A stretch of DNA of 64,000 nucleotides, from NCBI RefSeq assembly GCF_964204645.1, contig NC_134034.1, positions 5,678,914 through 5,742,913 on the forward strand. Direction: 5' to 3'. Below the pieces are notes generated by a model that was not told where the DNA came from, did no database searches, and saw nothing but the letters and a program-made list of their open reading frames with translations. The DNA comes from Tubulanus polymorphus (taxonomy: Eukaryota; Animalia; Nemertea). This document shows, in pieces, positions 37,709 through 52,700 of the stretch. The translations under genes were made by a program, and so were the position numbers. Each line of letters begins with the position of its first letter. Position 1 is the first letter of the stretch.

Positions 37709-40700
37709 ATGGAACAAGAACAGGGTAAAACGAAAAGTGGTTGCGCTACGTACTGTATCCCAGATGAACATCTTGATGGAACTACGGATGATATGGAAAT
37801 GGAACCACCGTGTGGTAGATGTTCCTGTGTCCCGGAATGGTTCCGACTTGAAGCCGTTTGCGTCATCAAACTCTCTTGGCCAATGGCAAGTACACTAAAC
37901 CTAACTTTTTAGCTACGTGAATTTACTCACGTTACGTTCAATATCACTGATCGGATACACAGTCAAGTGAAATGTATATCTTTAAAAATAATAAGTAGAT
38001 TATTTCTTAGCTCTGCCTTTTTACTGTGAAAACCGGTTCAGAATGTCAACGGGGTACCGTATTATGTATATAATATCACATAGACATAGTCAGTGGATAA
38101 AATGTTGGTTCCTCATTTGTGGCTAATCTATACTTGATTTCATAATATCTAGTGATTGATACATAATGTCTAGCTAACATATGATATGTGATTGTACGTA
38201 TAGTGCGATAGTGCGACGAGTTTATATACGTACACAGATTGAGGTCATCCAGCCAAAGTCCCCATTTGTTTGTTGGTTAGTTTTCTTTAACGACGTTTCC
38301 TGCTTCCCAAGTCTAACCATGGACGTATAAACTAGATCTAGTTTATACGTCCATGGTCTAACCATGATGGCCATTGAAGGTTTGACCATAACTGTAATTG
38401 GGAGCAGCCTGCGGCTCTCGAATCCGCTTGTCATTCAGCACTGCGAATGCAACAGCGATCACGTGTGCTACTGAGCTACTGCTGAGGCCACTACGTTAAT
38501 TGCCACGTGATTGTTTATTTTACGTGAAATGCTTAAACATTAAAAATAATGTTATCATATAATCTACATTTATCATAAGTATTGCTATATTTTCGCGTTT
38601 AACGTACGTATAATGTAAGTGATATTGAATTTGATAAGTATTTGATTTAGCGAATCACAGAAATAGCGGGCGTTTTTCTTTAAATTAAAGAAAAACGCCC
38701 GCTATTTCTGTGGATTAAATCCGGTTGTAGAATGAGAGACGAGTTAACTATTTTATTTGACGCACGAGCTTACGCTACTTATGTAAAGAACTAGTAGCTT
38801 CATCAGGTGAATGAGTCATTCACCTAATTCACCTGATGAAGCTATAATTTCTTAGTAGCGAAAGCTTGTGCGTCAAATAAAATAGGTAAACCTATATAGC
38901 ACCACTCAACGTCTCGTTGCCAGTACATTCAATATGAAGAAGTGAGATGACCAACTGATTAAGTTGATTATGCTTATCATAGAATTCATATCAATGTGGC
39001 AATTCAATTTGATTTGAGTTCTATATATTCACATGTTCACCCATGGGATAAAATGGGGTCACTATAAAACAGACGACTTAGGATTAGTGCTGCTCTTAGA
39101 TGATTTAATCTAATTTGTCATTTAATATACTAACTATATCAATATTTTTCACGGGTGCCAGTTACCCTGTAAATTTGAATTGTGTCTCAAATGCACTGTG
39201 TTGTCTTAAATGGACATTTACTTATTGTTGTTGGAATTTTGTTATAGGTAAATTTTGTTTTTATTTTCTATTATGTTCTTTCGATAAAAAAGCGTCTTTA
39301 TATTGCCAGATCCCTTAGTCATTGACTTGCTTTTTCGAGTGATCATTTTTCGAGTGATCATTTCAATCGAGCTCTCTTAGATTATGGATGGAAAGATTAT
39401 TTGATACCATCATTTGTAAACAGCCTAATTTCATTTATCAATTTTGGTCGCTTCGTAAGTGTTTGAAAACCAGCCAGGCGTGGTCTACTAGAGACCCATT
39501 ATCCGTATATCGAAAATACATAAGGAGTACTCTTCATGTATTTTTGATAATATGTTAAGAAGACATTCTACTGATAGGTATTCCATGACAAAAATTTGTC
39601 TGTTAACATACGTAGATTATCCTATAATATTCAATCATTTCGGAGTGACCATTTTCTGGGATACACTGTATATATACTAAGAAAACTGACTTCGGGTTTA
39701 TTAACGTCTTGAAGAATACACACATGTATTGCTTGATACTGCCGACGAATGTAATTAATTATATAATGATTTTCTTTCTGGTAAATGTCAAATTTGTATA
39801 CATTGCTATAAAACTGCAGTGTACACTCTATGTGTGATAAGCGTTCTATCGAAGATATTGGTTGTCAAAGGTTTCATCGAAGGTTTGGGTTATCGATGAT
39901 GTGTGTTGTAACCTCTTAAACTCCACCTATACGACGCCTTGCAGCCTATAAAGCGCCTCTTAATGTTCGGTTCGGCGGTTCTCCTGATCTTGGTAGGTAT
40001 ATGGATACCTAACGACAATCAGCTTACCCAATATGGCCACCACGGCCATGTGATTTCGAATTCGTCTTTAGTGTTCTAGACACTACATAAGACCTGCGAA
40101 TTTCTTGAAAGTTGTGGCCATGATAGGTCCATGGCGTACAACTCTTGAAAATCTCAAAATGGCTGCCAAGGCGGATGTCTTAAATGTCTCGTTAGTGCTC
40201 TACATACATCAAGTAACGTGTGATTTCTTTTGAACTAGGTTTAAAATGTTCAGATATTTCTTGCTCTTCCAATTGTCCACCACGGCGGACATTTGAGTTC
40301 CTTTAGTCAGTGCTGTAGACACCACAAATTTAGTTCTATTCTCTTGAAAGTTGGTAGGTGCATTACACCTTCTAATATTAGTTGACCAAAATTCCCGCGA
40401 AGATGGATATCTTTTATACGTTACCCTGGTAGGTCCACAGATTAGACAATCCAATAATATTCAATCAAAAATGAAGTTTCTCGTTGTTCCAATGTGGAGA
40501 GATTTTCTAAACGGAACTTTGCCATATTATTATTTTGCAATTTCTATGAAACGTTGTTCAAATCAGGTTAAGAAATCCAATGACATATTTTATTTCTATA
40601 TTTATAATTTTTTTCGATTTTTATGAATTTGCTAAATATTTACGCTACAGATACTTTTACTGTTATTCATATTCTTTTATTCAGTTAAGCTCCTAGCGTA

Positions 40701-43700
40701 AAAAAAACACAAAAACGTACATGCCCTTTCGTAAATTGGCGGAATTTTTTAATTTATGCAAAAAAATCGTCTGGGAGACCGCTTCTCCGTGCATTCTATT
40801 GAACTAACATACATTGCCTCTTTTTGCTGCGGGGCACTGAGATCACTCTGTGGCTTCCGCATCGGCAAATGTGTGTTACAGTTGAGTAATTGCTTGCCAA
40901 GGAGCGGATCACCAGGGGGGTTAGGGGGCTATTGTCTACTATTACCATCATCTCGACCGAAATTCACGAATGTCAGTAAAACGTCCGATTGAGACACCGT
41001 AGCGTTCTGAAACTTGCTCATGCAACGTTAGTCGTTTATTGGGAAATAAATTCTGGAAATATTGGTCGGCTTAATTCTAAAATCGTTCGATTTATGCAAT
41101 TTTTGTTCCAAGATTTGTAGAATCTGGGATTGTCGTCCTACCTCGAACATGATTTCCAAGGTAAATGGTGGCGGCAGATTTGTTTGGTCGTAAGTCCACT
41201 GTCCACTTAACAGGGAAATCTAAACACCACGAACCTGCCCGTCATGCCTAAAAACATAGATGAGTCGAGCCACCACGCTATGTATTTAAATCTATGTTTT
41301 AATTCTTTGTTTTATTCAGATTCTCACGTCGTTGTTTAACTTCCTCATGGCGCCTATTAGTCTGATCTTCTGTGGAAGGCTTGGTCACGAAGAACTAGGA
41401 GGAGTGGCCCTGGCACATACTGTAAGTAAAGAACTGTGATAAGGCCAAACAGTATTTGATTTTCTCAAGTATTTGATTTTTGATTTTTTTCCATTACCCC
41501 TAGTTTTTAGCCCACTTGGGACTTTAGTCCCAGCGGGCTATTGCGTTCACTTTTCGTCCGTCGTCCGTCCGTTCGTCCGTCCGTAGACGGAATCCAGTTA
41601 TTTTGGGAAGTTTTGAAGACGCTTCAAGGTAATGTCTTGATATTTGGGTTACGCATGTATCTACCCTAGACACATCTTCAGCCCAAAAACTGGCCCTGTC
41701 AGATGCAAGATGGCCGACTGGCAGCCATTGTTGTTCGCCAAAATCAGCATTTTTTACACATTTTTGAACTTTTTGAGGGAAATTTTGAAGACGCTTTGAT
41801 CAATTACCTTGATCTTTCGGATATATGTGAATTCCCCTAGGGCCCATCAGCATAACAAAAATTGGGTCGATTAGACTCAAGATGGCCGTCCTATGACCTT
41901 TTTAGTGCCCAAAAATGTTAATTTTGGCCCAAATTCTGAGTCCTGTAGCTTCCTACTGGTTTATCATTTCTCATTGCAATTTGCGATGGGTATTCTTTGG
42001 AAAGGGATGTTTTATACCTGAGACAGGTATTTTTCATCAGCCAATTATGACGCAATTGGTGTCAGCAGTACTCATTCGTAAGTGGGAACAAGTTTTTCCA
42101 CATTATATTGATACCTAAGCGTATTTTGTTACCACAATCATTTAGAAAATTGTAGCTCATAACGTGTTCTATGATTGTGGTGAGTTTCAAGGTCATTGGT
42201 ATTTGTATATGGCCACCAGGGGGCGTTGAATATGCAATATCTTAGTATTTCTATATTATATTCGTATCAATGCATATTTTGTAACCACAATCAATTGCAA
42301 AGTTGTAGCTCATGACATCATCTATGATTGTGGCAAGTTTTAAGGCCATTATTTATTCTATATGGTCACCAGGGGGCGTTGAATAGTAGAATAACTTAGT
42401 ATTTCCTTATTATATTGGTACCTAGGCATATTTTGTTACCATGATCAATTACAAAGTTATAGTTCGTGACATGTTCTATGATTATGGTGAGTTTCAAGGT
42501 CTTTGGGTTTTGAATACGGTCACCAGGGGGCGTTGAATAGTAGAATAACTTAGTATTTCCATATTAAAGTGGTAACGAGGCATATTTTGTTATCACAATC
42601 AATTACAAAATCGTAGCTGCTGACATGTTCTATGATTGTGGTGAGTTTCAAGGTCAGTGGATTCTGTATATGGTCACCAGGGGGCGTTGAATATTGAAAT
42701 GGTTAGATTGTTGAGCATTTGGAACCACTTCCCAAGTGGGCATGGTGTCCCTGGACCCCTAGTTTTATACTTTTTTCCTAAAACTTGAAAAAGTCCTCAG
42801 TCAATGGAGGCAAAGCCCCAGTGGGCCATTTCGCTTACTTTTTATCCACCCGTAGACAGAATCTCGTTTCTTCAGCAAGTTCGGTGTACGGTATTGCCTG
42901 CTTTTGATATCATTAGTTTATTTATCCTTTACGCGTCTTGAAATTTCCATCGATCCGATGGGAATCAACATGGCTGACTGCTGGCTATTCTGGTTCGGCA
43001 AGATCAAGAAATTTTGCACACCTGAAGAGAGATTTTGAGGACACTTTGTTCACTTGTCCTGTGGATCGGAAACAAGATGGTCGTCTTTTTTTTCGATTTC
43101 AACGTACACGGTTTTTTTATTTTCACGTAGGCAGGTCTCTAGCTTCTTTCTGGTTTGTCGTGCAAGTGGCTTGTCATTGAAATTTTAGAACGATAAAGAT
43201 AAACTTTTGGAAGAGAACTCAAACATATCTTTGGATCAGCCGATTGTAAAGCAATCAACGGTCATCTTTGTTTTACAAATATAATTCATATCTGGATAAT
43301 GCTTTTTTTAGGATAATGTCAACAGGTTTAACTAAAAACCTTAATCTTCAATAATTGCACACTCTCATAGGACACATCTCCTGAATATGAATTCCCTGTA
43401 TATATTGAATATATTGAGTTAAATATTGAGATGTAAATATCGAATTTTTTTTGCCCACTCGGGGGCCTTCGAGTTGTTGTGTCCCAGCGCGTCCGTCGTT
43501 CGTCCGCAGTTGGAACATAGCTTGAATTCGTTGTCTTGATATTCGGTTTATATGCGCACGCTAGGAACATCTGCAGCCCAAAATCCGGCCCGGTCAGATT
43601 CAAGAAGGCTGATAAGCGGCCATTGTAATTCACTAGTTACGGCACTTTTTGCACATTTAAGAAGTTTTCATGGGAAAATGTATTTTTAGCGTGAGTTCTG

Positions 43701-46700
43701 AAACCTGTTACTTACCAATAGTTTGCAATTTTTCATTGAATCTGCGATGGGTATATTTTGGAAGAGGTGTTTCGTATATCAGACGATATTTTTAGGAAAC
43801 TATTAACAGCTTTTAACTTTTAGTCTTGATATTTGATGCTATTGTCAGAATTGTCATAGGACACATCTCGTAACATGGGCTTTGCTTGAGCTATTTTTTG
43901 TCCCTGTAGGTCTTTTTATGTTCAACAAGGGGCTCTGAATAACAGGGTAACGAGGTATTTCCCTAATGGTATCAATGCATATCTTTCTTTGATCGTTATA
44001 ATGATAGGCACGACCACTGGTTTATACATACGCTCGACTGGAGGTGTTGGATGGGGGAAATTACATAGTATTCCCAAATATTGGGCATATTATGCACATT
44101 TTGTAGCCACATTCAACTGCTAGGTTGTAGCTCATGACGTGTTTAATAATTTCGGCGCGTATGAAGGTCATTGGTTTCTGTTAATGTTCACCGTTGAATA
44201 TTGAAATTGTCAGATTGTTGTGTATTTCGGCCAACTTCGGAAGTGGGATGATGTCCCTCGACGATTGGATGTATCACCTTTTCCGGCCTGATTTTTCCAG
44301 CCGCCCGATCTTTTTGAGCTTGATATCTTTGCGCCTCAAAAGAAACATTCTTAACCCATATTTTATAGCATATCCATAAGTCATGCGGTTCATCTGTTGT
44401 GGATTATAGACATTTTTGTTTTCGTACATAGGTTATAAATGCATTTGGTATAATAGTTGGAACTGGACTCTGCGCAGCCTTGGACACACTCATATCCCAG
44501 GTAAATTTATCAGCTATCAAAAATCCAATCACTTCAAACGAGGGACCAACATTTAGAATTTCATATTCAGTAATATATAATCCTTAAAAAGAAATTTCGA
44601 AATGGAATATTTTTTTTCAAATACCTACCAACACAGTACATTCATGTTGTTTTTCTTGTCAATCTATATGTCGGTCCATTTTGGTATTACGTAGCTGATC
44701 TCACCATTCTAAGAAAATGCGTGTTAGGCCTACTAATGATGATCGATAGACATTAAATATCCGGTTCATCTACCTTTTTCCGTCATCAGTTATCCGTTAG
44801 TTATACAAAAATGTAAATTCATCCTTGTTATGGAACTTGACAGGATATTTTGAAACGACTTTAAATTACAGCATACCTATTTTGATTGATATCGAATTGG
44901 TATTGAATTGGACCTGCTACCTTAAAAGGCATTTCTGTCGAAAAATTCAATAAGTTGTTTTTAAATGTATTTTGAGATCAATTTAAGTTTTGTTCTGAAA
45001 CGGTGGAGTTACTATTTCATGGAACATCTTAAGTGTTCCACAGGACATCTACAGATGATCTACAGAGATCTCTATTCGTGTTATAGGCCATAATCAATTC
45101 CTGTGAAATAGAGAGGAATCAACCACTGGCTAGGCTTTGCTTATCATGAATTAGTGCGATATCCGAACATCATAAATTGAAATACGTAATAGCTCAGATA
45201 GCTATCCATCTATATATGTACTTTACCACTTCTGTATGATTCAAGTACGCGGGAACCCACTCAAATGATTATTTTCATTTATGTGCAAGAAGATTGAACA
45301 TGATAAACGTCGGCCTTTTTTTAAATTAAATTAAATTTTGAATTTAATTCCGCAAAAGAAACCGAGGTTTGATACTATTTCTCCACATCGGGAATGCAGA
45401 TATTTTAAAATGACATCCATTCAATTATTTCGCTTATAATGAATAATTCGCTTCCTTTTAAGTCGTACGGTGGAAATAATATGAAAATGATTGGCATTTA
45501 TTTACAACGAGGTTAGTGAACAATATTTGAATGCTATGTATGTGCAATTTAGGCGCTTGTATCTTGTTCTTAATGAATAGCTGATGAATAATGAATAATT
45601 TCAGGTCTAAGGGAGATTTTTTGTTTGTTTTTTTTTGTCGTTTCAGGCATCATCGTCACGACATTGTTCCTAGTTCCCATCTACGTTTTCCACATGAATA
45701 TTACACCATTCCTTATTCTGATTGGTCAACAGCCCCACGTTGCGGTGTAAGTTAAACAATACTGGACCCTGTTCCACAATTATTCAATTATCGGTTATGG
45801 TTCAACGGAAGTTGTAGGAATCTATCACGCTGTTGTGGGAGTGATATCGACTGGCTGTGGCAGGGAAGTGGCAGCGATCAATATTGACTGTCCGTGGTAC
45901 TGGGAATCTATCACGCTGTTGTTCCAGTGTTCAATATTTGTCTTTGGTCACATCGTGTGGATACAGGCACTATAAATACACTAATAATAATAATGATAAT
46001 AATATCGATTGTATGTGGTAGGAATCTATCACGCTGCTGTGGTACAGGTCTTTATCGATTGACTTAGGTGGGAATTTGGCTCTTCAGGCAGAAATATATT
46101 GATCGGCTACGATGTAATGTGTTACGCTTTGAGGTTAACCAGGGAGGTACACATCCTGGTTAAACTCATCGTCGCCCGATTGGTCTAGGCCCGACTTACG
46201 ACCGGGGTGAGCGGATTTGCATGAAACATGGGTGGCTTTGGAAAATGTATATCATAAAAGACTGGCCAAATTGCTTTTTCATTTTAGAATAGCCGGTGAC
46301 TTTGTCCTATATTTCATGCCCGGATTGTTCGTAAGTATCAAATCGTATTTGTTCTGGAATTATTCGATAACACTGATTAACCTTTAGCATATCACTCGAA
46401 TAAAACTACTTGCACTTTAGTATGGTTGCACTTTTGACAACTGACAGATTTGATTATCCTGAATTTAACGTATGCACTTTTTTCCTTTAGTTCAATTTCA
46501 TGTACCAAGTGTTGACGAAATATCTTTATAATCAGGTAAATATTAATAACGATTACATTTTCTATAGCATATTCTATATAAACGAACATTTTAGCGTATA
46601 AACTCCCCATGGTCCAAAACCTTCAGATGATCATTATTCTCAATTTATAAACGCATCCTCTAGAAAAGTATATGTAGTCAGCTAGGATCAAGTCTAGTAT

Positions 46701-49700
46701 ATGGGATTGTAGTTCCTTCGGCGTATGATTATATGGAAACGGAAGTTGTGATTTGGCTTGCAGACGCAATGTTAAGATATCATACAGTGAGAAGTGTTGT
46801 CAATTGGATGTAGGTTAGTTTTACTTGCCGACATCGCCGACATCGGGAAAGAGATATCTAATATAGGTTAGTTTTACTTGCCGACATTGCCGGCATCGCC
46901 GACATTGGGATCGACGGATCCCAGCCACTTTATATGAGGGTAAATCACACAAACATCCAGCCTCTAGATCCCAGCCACTTTATGTGAGGGTATCCACGCA
47001 CACACCCAGCCCTCGATCCCACCCACTTTATATAAGGGTAATCCAGGCACACACCCAGCCCCTCAATCCCAGCCACTTTATATAAGGGTAATCCATGCAC
47101 GCACCGAGGGCCCTCGATCCCAGCCACTTTATGTAAGGGTGATCCACGCACACAACCAGCCCTTCGACCCCAGCCACTTTATGTAAGGGTAATCCACGCA
47201 CACATCCAGCCCCTAGATCCCAGCCACTTTATGTAAGGGTAATCCACGCACACATCCAGCCCCTAGATCCCAGCCACTTTATGTAAGGGTAATCCACGCA
47301 CACACCCAGCCCTCGATCCCAGCCACTTTATACAAGGGTAATCCACGCACACACCCAGCCCCTCGATCCAAGCCACTTTACATAAGGGTAATCAACGCAC
47401 ACACACAGCCCTCGATCCCAGCCACTTTATACAAGGGTAATCCACGCACACACCCAGCCCCTCGATCCATGCCACTTTACATAAGGGTAATCCACGCACA
47501 CACATAGCCCTCGATCCAAGCCACTTTATATAAGGGTAATCCACGCACACACCCAGTCCGTCGATCCCAATGTCGGCAATTTCTGCAAGTAAAACTTACA
47601 TTAAAAATCTATTTTCCAATGTCGGCAATGTCGGCGATGTCGGCAAGTAAAACTAACCTACATTAGATATCTCTTTCCCAATGTCGGCGATGTCGGCTAG
47701 TAAAACTAACCTACATAAAGATATCTTTCCCAATGTCGGCGATGTCGGCAAGTAAAACTAACCTACATTAAAAATCTCTTTTTCAATGTCGGCAATATCG
47801 GCGATGTCGGCAAGTAAAACTAACCTACACTGGTCTCTGGCACATTGATTTCTTTTTGTGATAAGTCTCGTCGTTCTAATTTTCCGTATACTATACTTGA
47901 GCCGTCAGCTACGTAAGCTCAGCTGACACATTGATTCCTTTTTGTGATAAGTCTCGTCGTTCTAATTTTCCGTGAGCCGTCAGCTACGTAAGCTCAGCTG
48001 ATAATAAATTTCTTGCGGTACAAATCGGAACAATGAACGTCGCCTAACCCAAACAGACTAGGATCAGCAAAAGTTTTTGCAGCGAAGCGAATTAATTACG
48101 AGAGAAGTATATGGGATATATATCAAAAATTTTGTTGATGTCCGAGCTGGACATGTGCTAGTAACAGGAGTTTACTTTTATTACTTAAACCATGTCTTAG
48201 GGATTTTTCAAATCTATTTTCGCAGTCGATTTTAACACGTTTCTAACACAGCCCCTCATATAAGTTGTGTATTCCAAATGATCTAGGTTTTAGGTCTGCA
48301 ACCTTGGAGACGCTTCCATAAATCATCTTGACCTTTTATGTATATTTGTATCTCCCAAAGGGGCATCAGCATAATACAAAATTGGATCGATCGGACACAA
48401 GATGGCCATCCTGTGACTTTTTTGTAGCCAAAATGTGAAAGTCAGACATGTGGCACACGATATATGAGGACCACAGTCCCAATGCTGTGTTGTATTGCCG
48501 TCCCAGATTTACATGGCAGACCTCGTATGATCAAAACTGACTTAAAATTCGTGCCAAATCTCAAGACAACTATCAAACGCACGAGATCAATTTTTAAATC
48601 AATTTTTGAAAGAAAGTTATATGTTCCTCAACATATGCTTATATATTCCAATGTTCCAATCTTTCCAACACAATTGACTAAGCCTATTTCACTTCAATTT
48701 GAAACACCCAGCTCGTGTCATGATCAGTAAAGATCCAACATCGAACATTCTCAAAATAGCAAACCCGGTTCAACGGTTTGCGTCAAGTTTGACATAACCA
48801 TGGCTACCACCATTTGCTGCTGAAAATTCAAAAATGTTAATCGGGGTACCGGTATTCAAGTGAAGACCGAGTGCTCACTGTTAGAAACCAAACCCACAAT
48901 TATCAAGTACATACATTTGATCCGACGTCTCGATTCTACATATGTAGAATCTTTTCTCGAACTCACGTTTTGCTTTTGTTCATACTTTAAATGTTTCATT
49001 TCTCGTGCATTATTTCAATTTTTTTCTTTTCCTGCAGTGCAAATAGGAATATTTCAGGAATTTTCATTTTCATGACTCGATAATTCAATATTGACATTTC
49101 TAAAACCTACTTCTGAATATGATTTCCGCATCTTATAAAATTACAGAATGTCGTATTTCCATGCATATTATTTGGAATCATGGGTTGTGCGGTGAATGTA
49201 TTATCGCATGTTGGTTTAGTGATGTATGGAGGGCTGGGAACCACGTAAGTATATACTAAAATGAATTTTCAAACCTGCACGATCCAGTATCAGACATGAT
49301 ATACATGATGCAGCGTTTCCCCAAACACGGGCGAGGTTCAGTAAATCTCCAAGTAATCATTCGATATTCCTAGAGGCGAAGGAGCCTGCTAATCGTTGAG
49401 GTTTTTAACTACTAGTGGATAAACCCGTGGTAACCTCGAACGCATTTTAAACGTAAAGCTTCCAACTTTTCGATTCATAGTAAGTAAATTAGGGAGCATT
49501 ACTGAATAGGAAGATTGAATGACTATAATGTGGTTGGCTTGTGATCACCTATTGTGGGTAATCGTATCTTTTTTCTGTTGCAGTGGATCCTCTCTCTCAA
49601 TGGTGATAACGTTCTTCTCAATGATGCTATTCTGCATAATCTATATCACGAGTACTGGATTTTACAAAAGAACTTGGTCAGGTATGATGATTTGAGGCGG

Positions 49701-52700
49701 ATATTCAAACTTGTACATGTATTAGGCGTGCTATTTCATGCATACAGACAGGGCCGCACCTAGCGGAGTACTAGCCCCCCCCCCCCCCCAGAAATTTAGG
49801 AAAAGTGTCCTACTTGCAAATATTATTGTTATATCCAATAGAACTGCCATTTTCGGGATTCTCTACACCCCCCCCCAAAGAAATTAAAAAATGAATTGCT
49901 AGGTACGACCCAGGCATTTAAAAAGATTTATACAATACGTGTTTTGGGGCGCGATTAAATTTAGACTCTCTGGTAAATCGCGCAATGTGTGCAACGCCGT
50001 TTACACAAATGGTGCATTTGCTGAATGGTTCACGTAAATCGATTATATTAATCGTTAATTGATTCCAATGACGCTCTCTGCCCGGCGCGTACCACAATGG
50101 AAATTTCATGACGTCATTGAAATGTTTATTGAATTTTGCGTTTGTTTGCACCAGCTAAATCTAAACCGTAAATCGAATCGCCTTAAAAAACGCGTGTGAT
50201 CTTAGTTCGCTCTACTTTCCATCTTTAAGCTTGTTTTGCAAGTATTTCTGCGTGGATTTTCCAAACCCTCTGGGACACTAGTATACTATTTGAACCAAAA
50301 ACATATTTCCATACACCAATTTTGAAAGGTTCTCAAGCCTTGATAATATGTAATACGGAATTTTTCATTGGTATGTTTTTCAGGTTGGTCGATGGATTCT
50401 TTACAAGATTGGGGTTCATTTTGCGCATTAGCTGTACCCGGTTTATTCATGTTAGTTTTAGAATGGGGCGCGTTTGAAATCGGAACATTTCTGACTGGTA
50501 AGATAATAACTTTATTGTCTGAAAGATGAATATATATGCCACGAAAGATTACATCCCAATGGTACAGGATGGCCGCGAGGGTAGTTTGGAAACGGTTTCA
50601 GACTCGTAGACTCGATTGCGTGATATCTGACATCAGCTTATCACGCAACTAGTATTAAACATGTTAAAACACCATTATAGAAACTAATTAGTTTAGAATT
50701 TGATCAAAATTTTTGAATACGATTTCAGGATTGATAGGAGTTGTGCCACTTGATGCCCAAACGATTGTATTTCATTTAGAGGGTATTTCCTATATGGTAA
50801 GAAATATGTCTTTCTTTCGATTCATTTACTCACATCGGGCACTCCAGCCTGGTTTTCACGAGTGGGTTCCAGAAGCTTTTTACATGCGGCTTTTTCTAGC
50901 AATGTGAAGGCACCGTGAGCGACAACAAGCACAAGTGCATGGTCACCACAACAACGGAATTTCACTAAATTTGCCATTTGCAAATAAGTATATATGTATT
51001 TTCACAAATAGATACCATTGGGATTGTCTATAGCTGCGAATATTAGAACGGGACAATTCTTGGGTAGAGAGGATGCAATAAGCGCCAAGCGGACAGGAAT
51101 CGTGTGTATTATTTTAGCGTGTAAGTACAATGTTGGTAATCAGTCGTTATTTCTTTGAAGTTTACACGTAACCATGTACATCAAACATATAGTCGCCTGC
51201 ATTAATTGGCTGTATACATCAACAGCCCTACTTTCTATAAGTGAATTCAAATGAAAACTGAAAAATTTAACATAATTACCCATACATTGTACGTACGATG
51301 CCATACTTGCAACGGGGCGTCCCGATTAACTTACAGCCAGCCCCTCGCTTGTCGAGATCAAGTACCAAGACCTGTTTTAGTCTATATCTCACACCTGACG
51401 ATGATCTCTAGGGTGAGATCGAAACGTCGTGTTCTTATATTTTAGATTGTTTCAATAAATAAATTCTCGATTTTAGATTACTTTTAATTTGTAAATAGTG
51501 GGTTTTTATCTTATCATCTGTTCACCACGTTTGAGTGTGGTTATCGTACTACCAAGTACCAATTATTGCAAGACGTGGTGTTTCCGATAACATGAATGGT
51601 CCAGTTGGTCAATACTTATACAAATAACTGAGATTGATTTGAATTTAGGCTTACTCGTATGCACCCTGGTGGCATACATTCATAGGTGTGGCTTCCAGAT
51701 CAAACCCTTGGAGATTTGTTTGCATTTTTCATATATATTTTGTTACTATTTCGTTGGTTTCGTCACACCAATTGAAACCAATCTTCCCTGGATTGTCCAC
51801 CATTTGGATTACGTATTTTTGCGTATAATCGATTTAAATATGGCGTATAACTATCCAGAAATGAAAAATATCCATAAATATTCAGTGAATTATTTCATAT
51901 TTACTACGAATAAGTTTTGATCTAATCAAAATTATGCCTTTGTTGCTACAAATTATATGTACAACGTCGTAAGAATTTCTACGGAGAAGTTTATACGCAC
52001 GAAAATAGTCCGTATATTTGTCTGGATAGGCTTAAGAAAAAACAACAAAGAAGGTTTCGTGTATTTAGAATATCTTGTCGGCGTAGATAATGGAAGGTGA
52101 ATACTGAATAAGATTTTGGGACGAGATATTGGTGGCCGTGAGAATTCTAAATTACGAAAAATGCGTATAATGCGAATATTAATTTCGATCATAAATTCAG
52201 ATCATTTGATACTTCATATTTTAGAAATATAGGTGGATTATTTCTGATCATTACTGAACTATTTGTGATTAAAAACCAAGATTCTATTTCAGGCTGTTGC
52301 GCAGCTGTGATGAGTTTAATTTTGGGTACGTTGAGGTACTATTTACCACAGATATTTACAAATCATATGTAAGTAAATAACAAATCAAAAAGCGCGTTTC
52401 ATTTTGGTGCGACAAAACAAAAAGTTTCTCATTTGTCTGCGTGATTATTCATTTGTTTTGTATTATTTCGCTATGTTGCCTTCATTTGCTGATATGTGAA
52501 TTAGTACGCATATGGTTCGAATGAGCCAGACCATAGGCTAAAAGAAGCCGTATGATCAATGCAAATCCCTATCTTGCTCCACCTTCGTCATTGAGCAAGG
52601 CCGCAGGCCTCTATTTCTGGAGGATATCATTCCGAGATGACAAACTTATTGCTTCCGAGTTTGCTTACGTTCAGTGACGTTAACGTGGGGATTTTGTATT

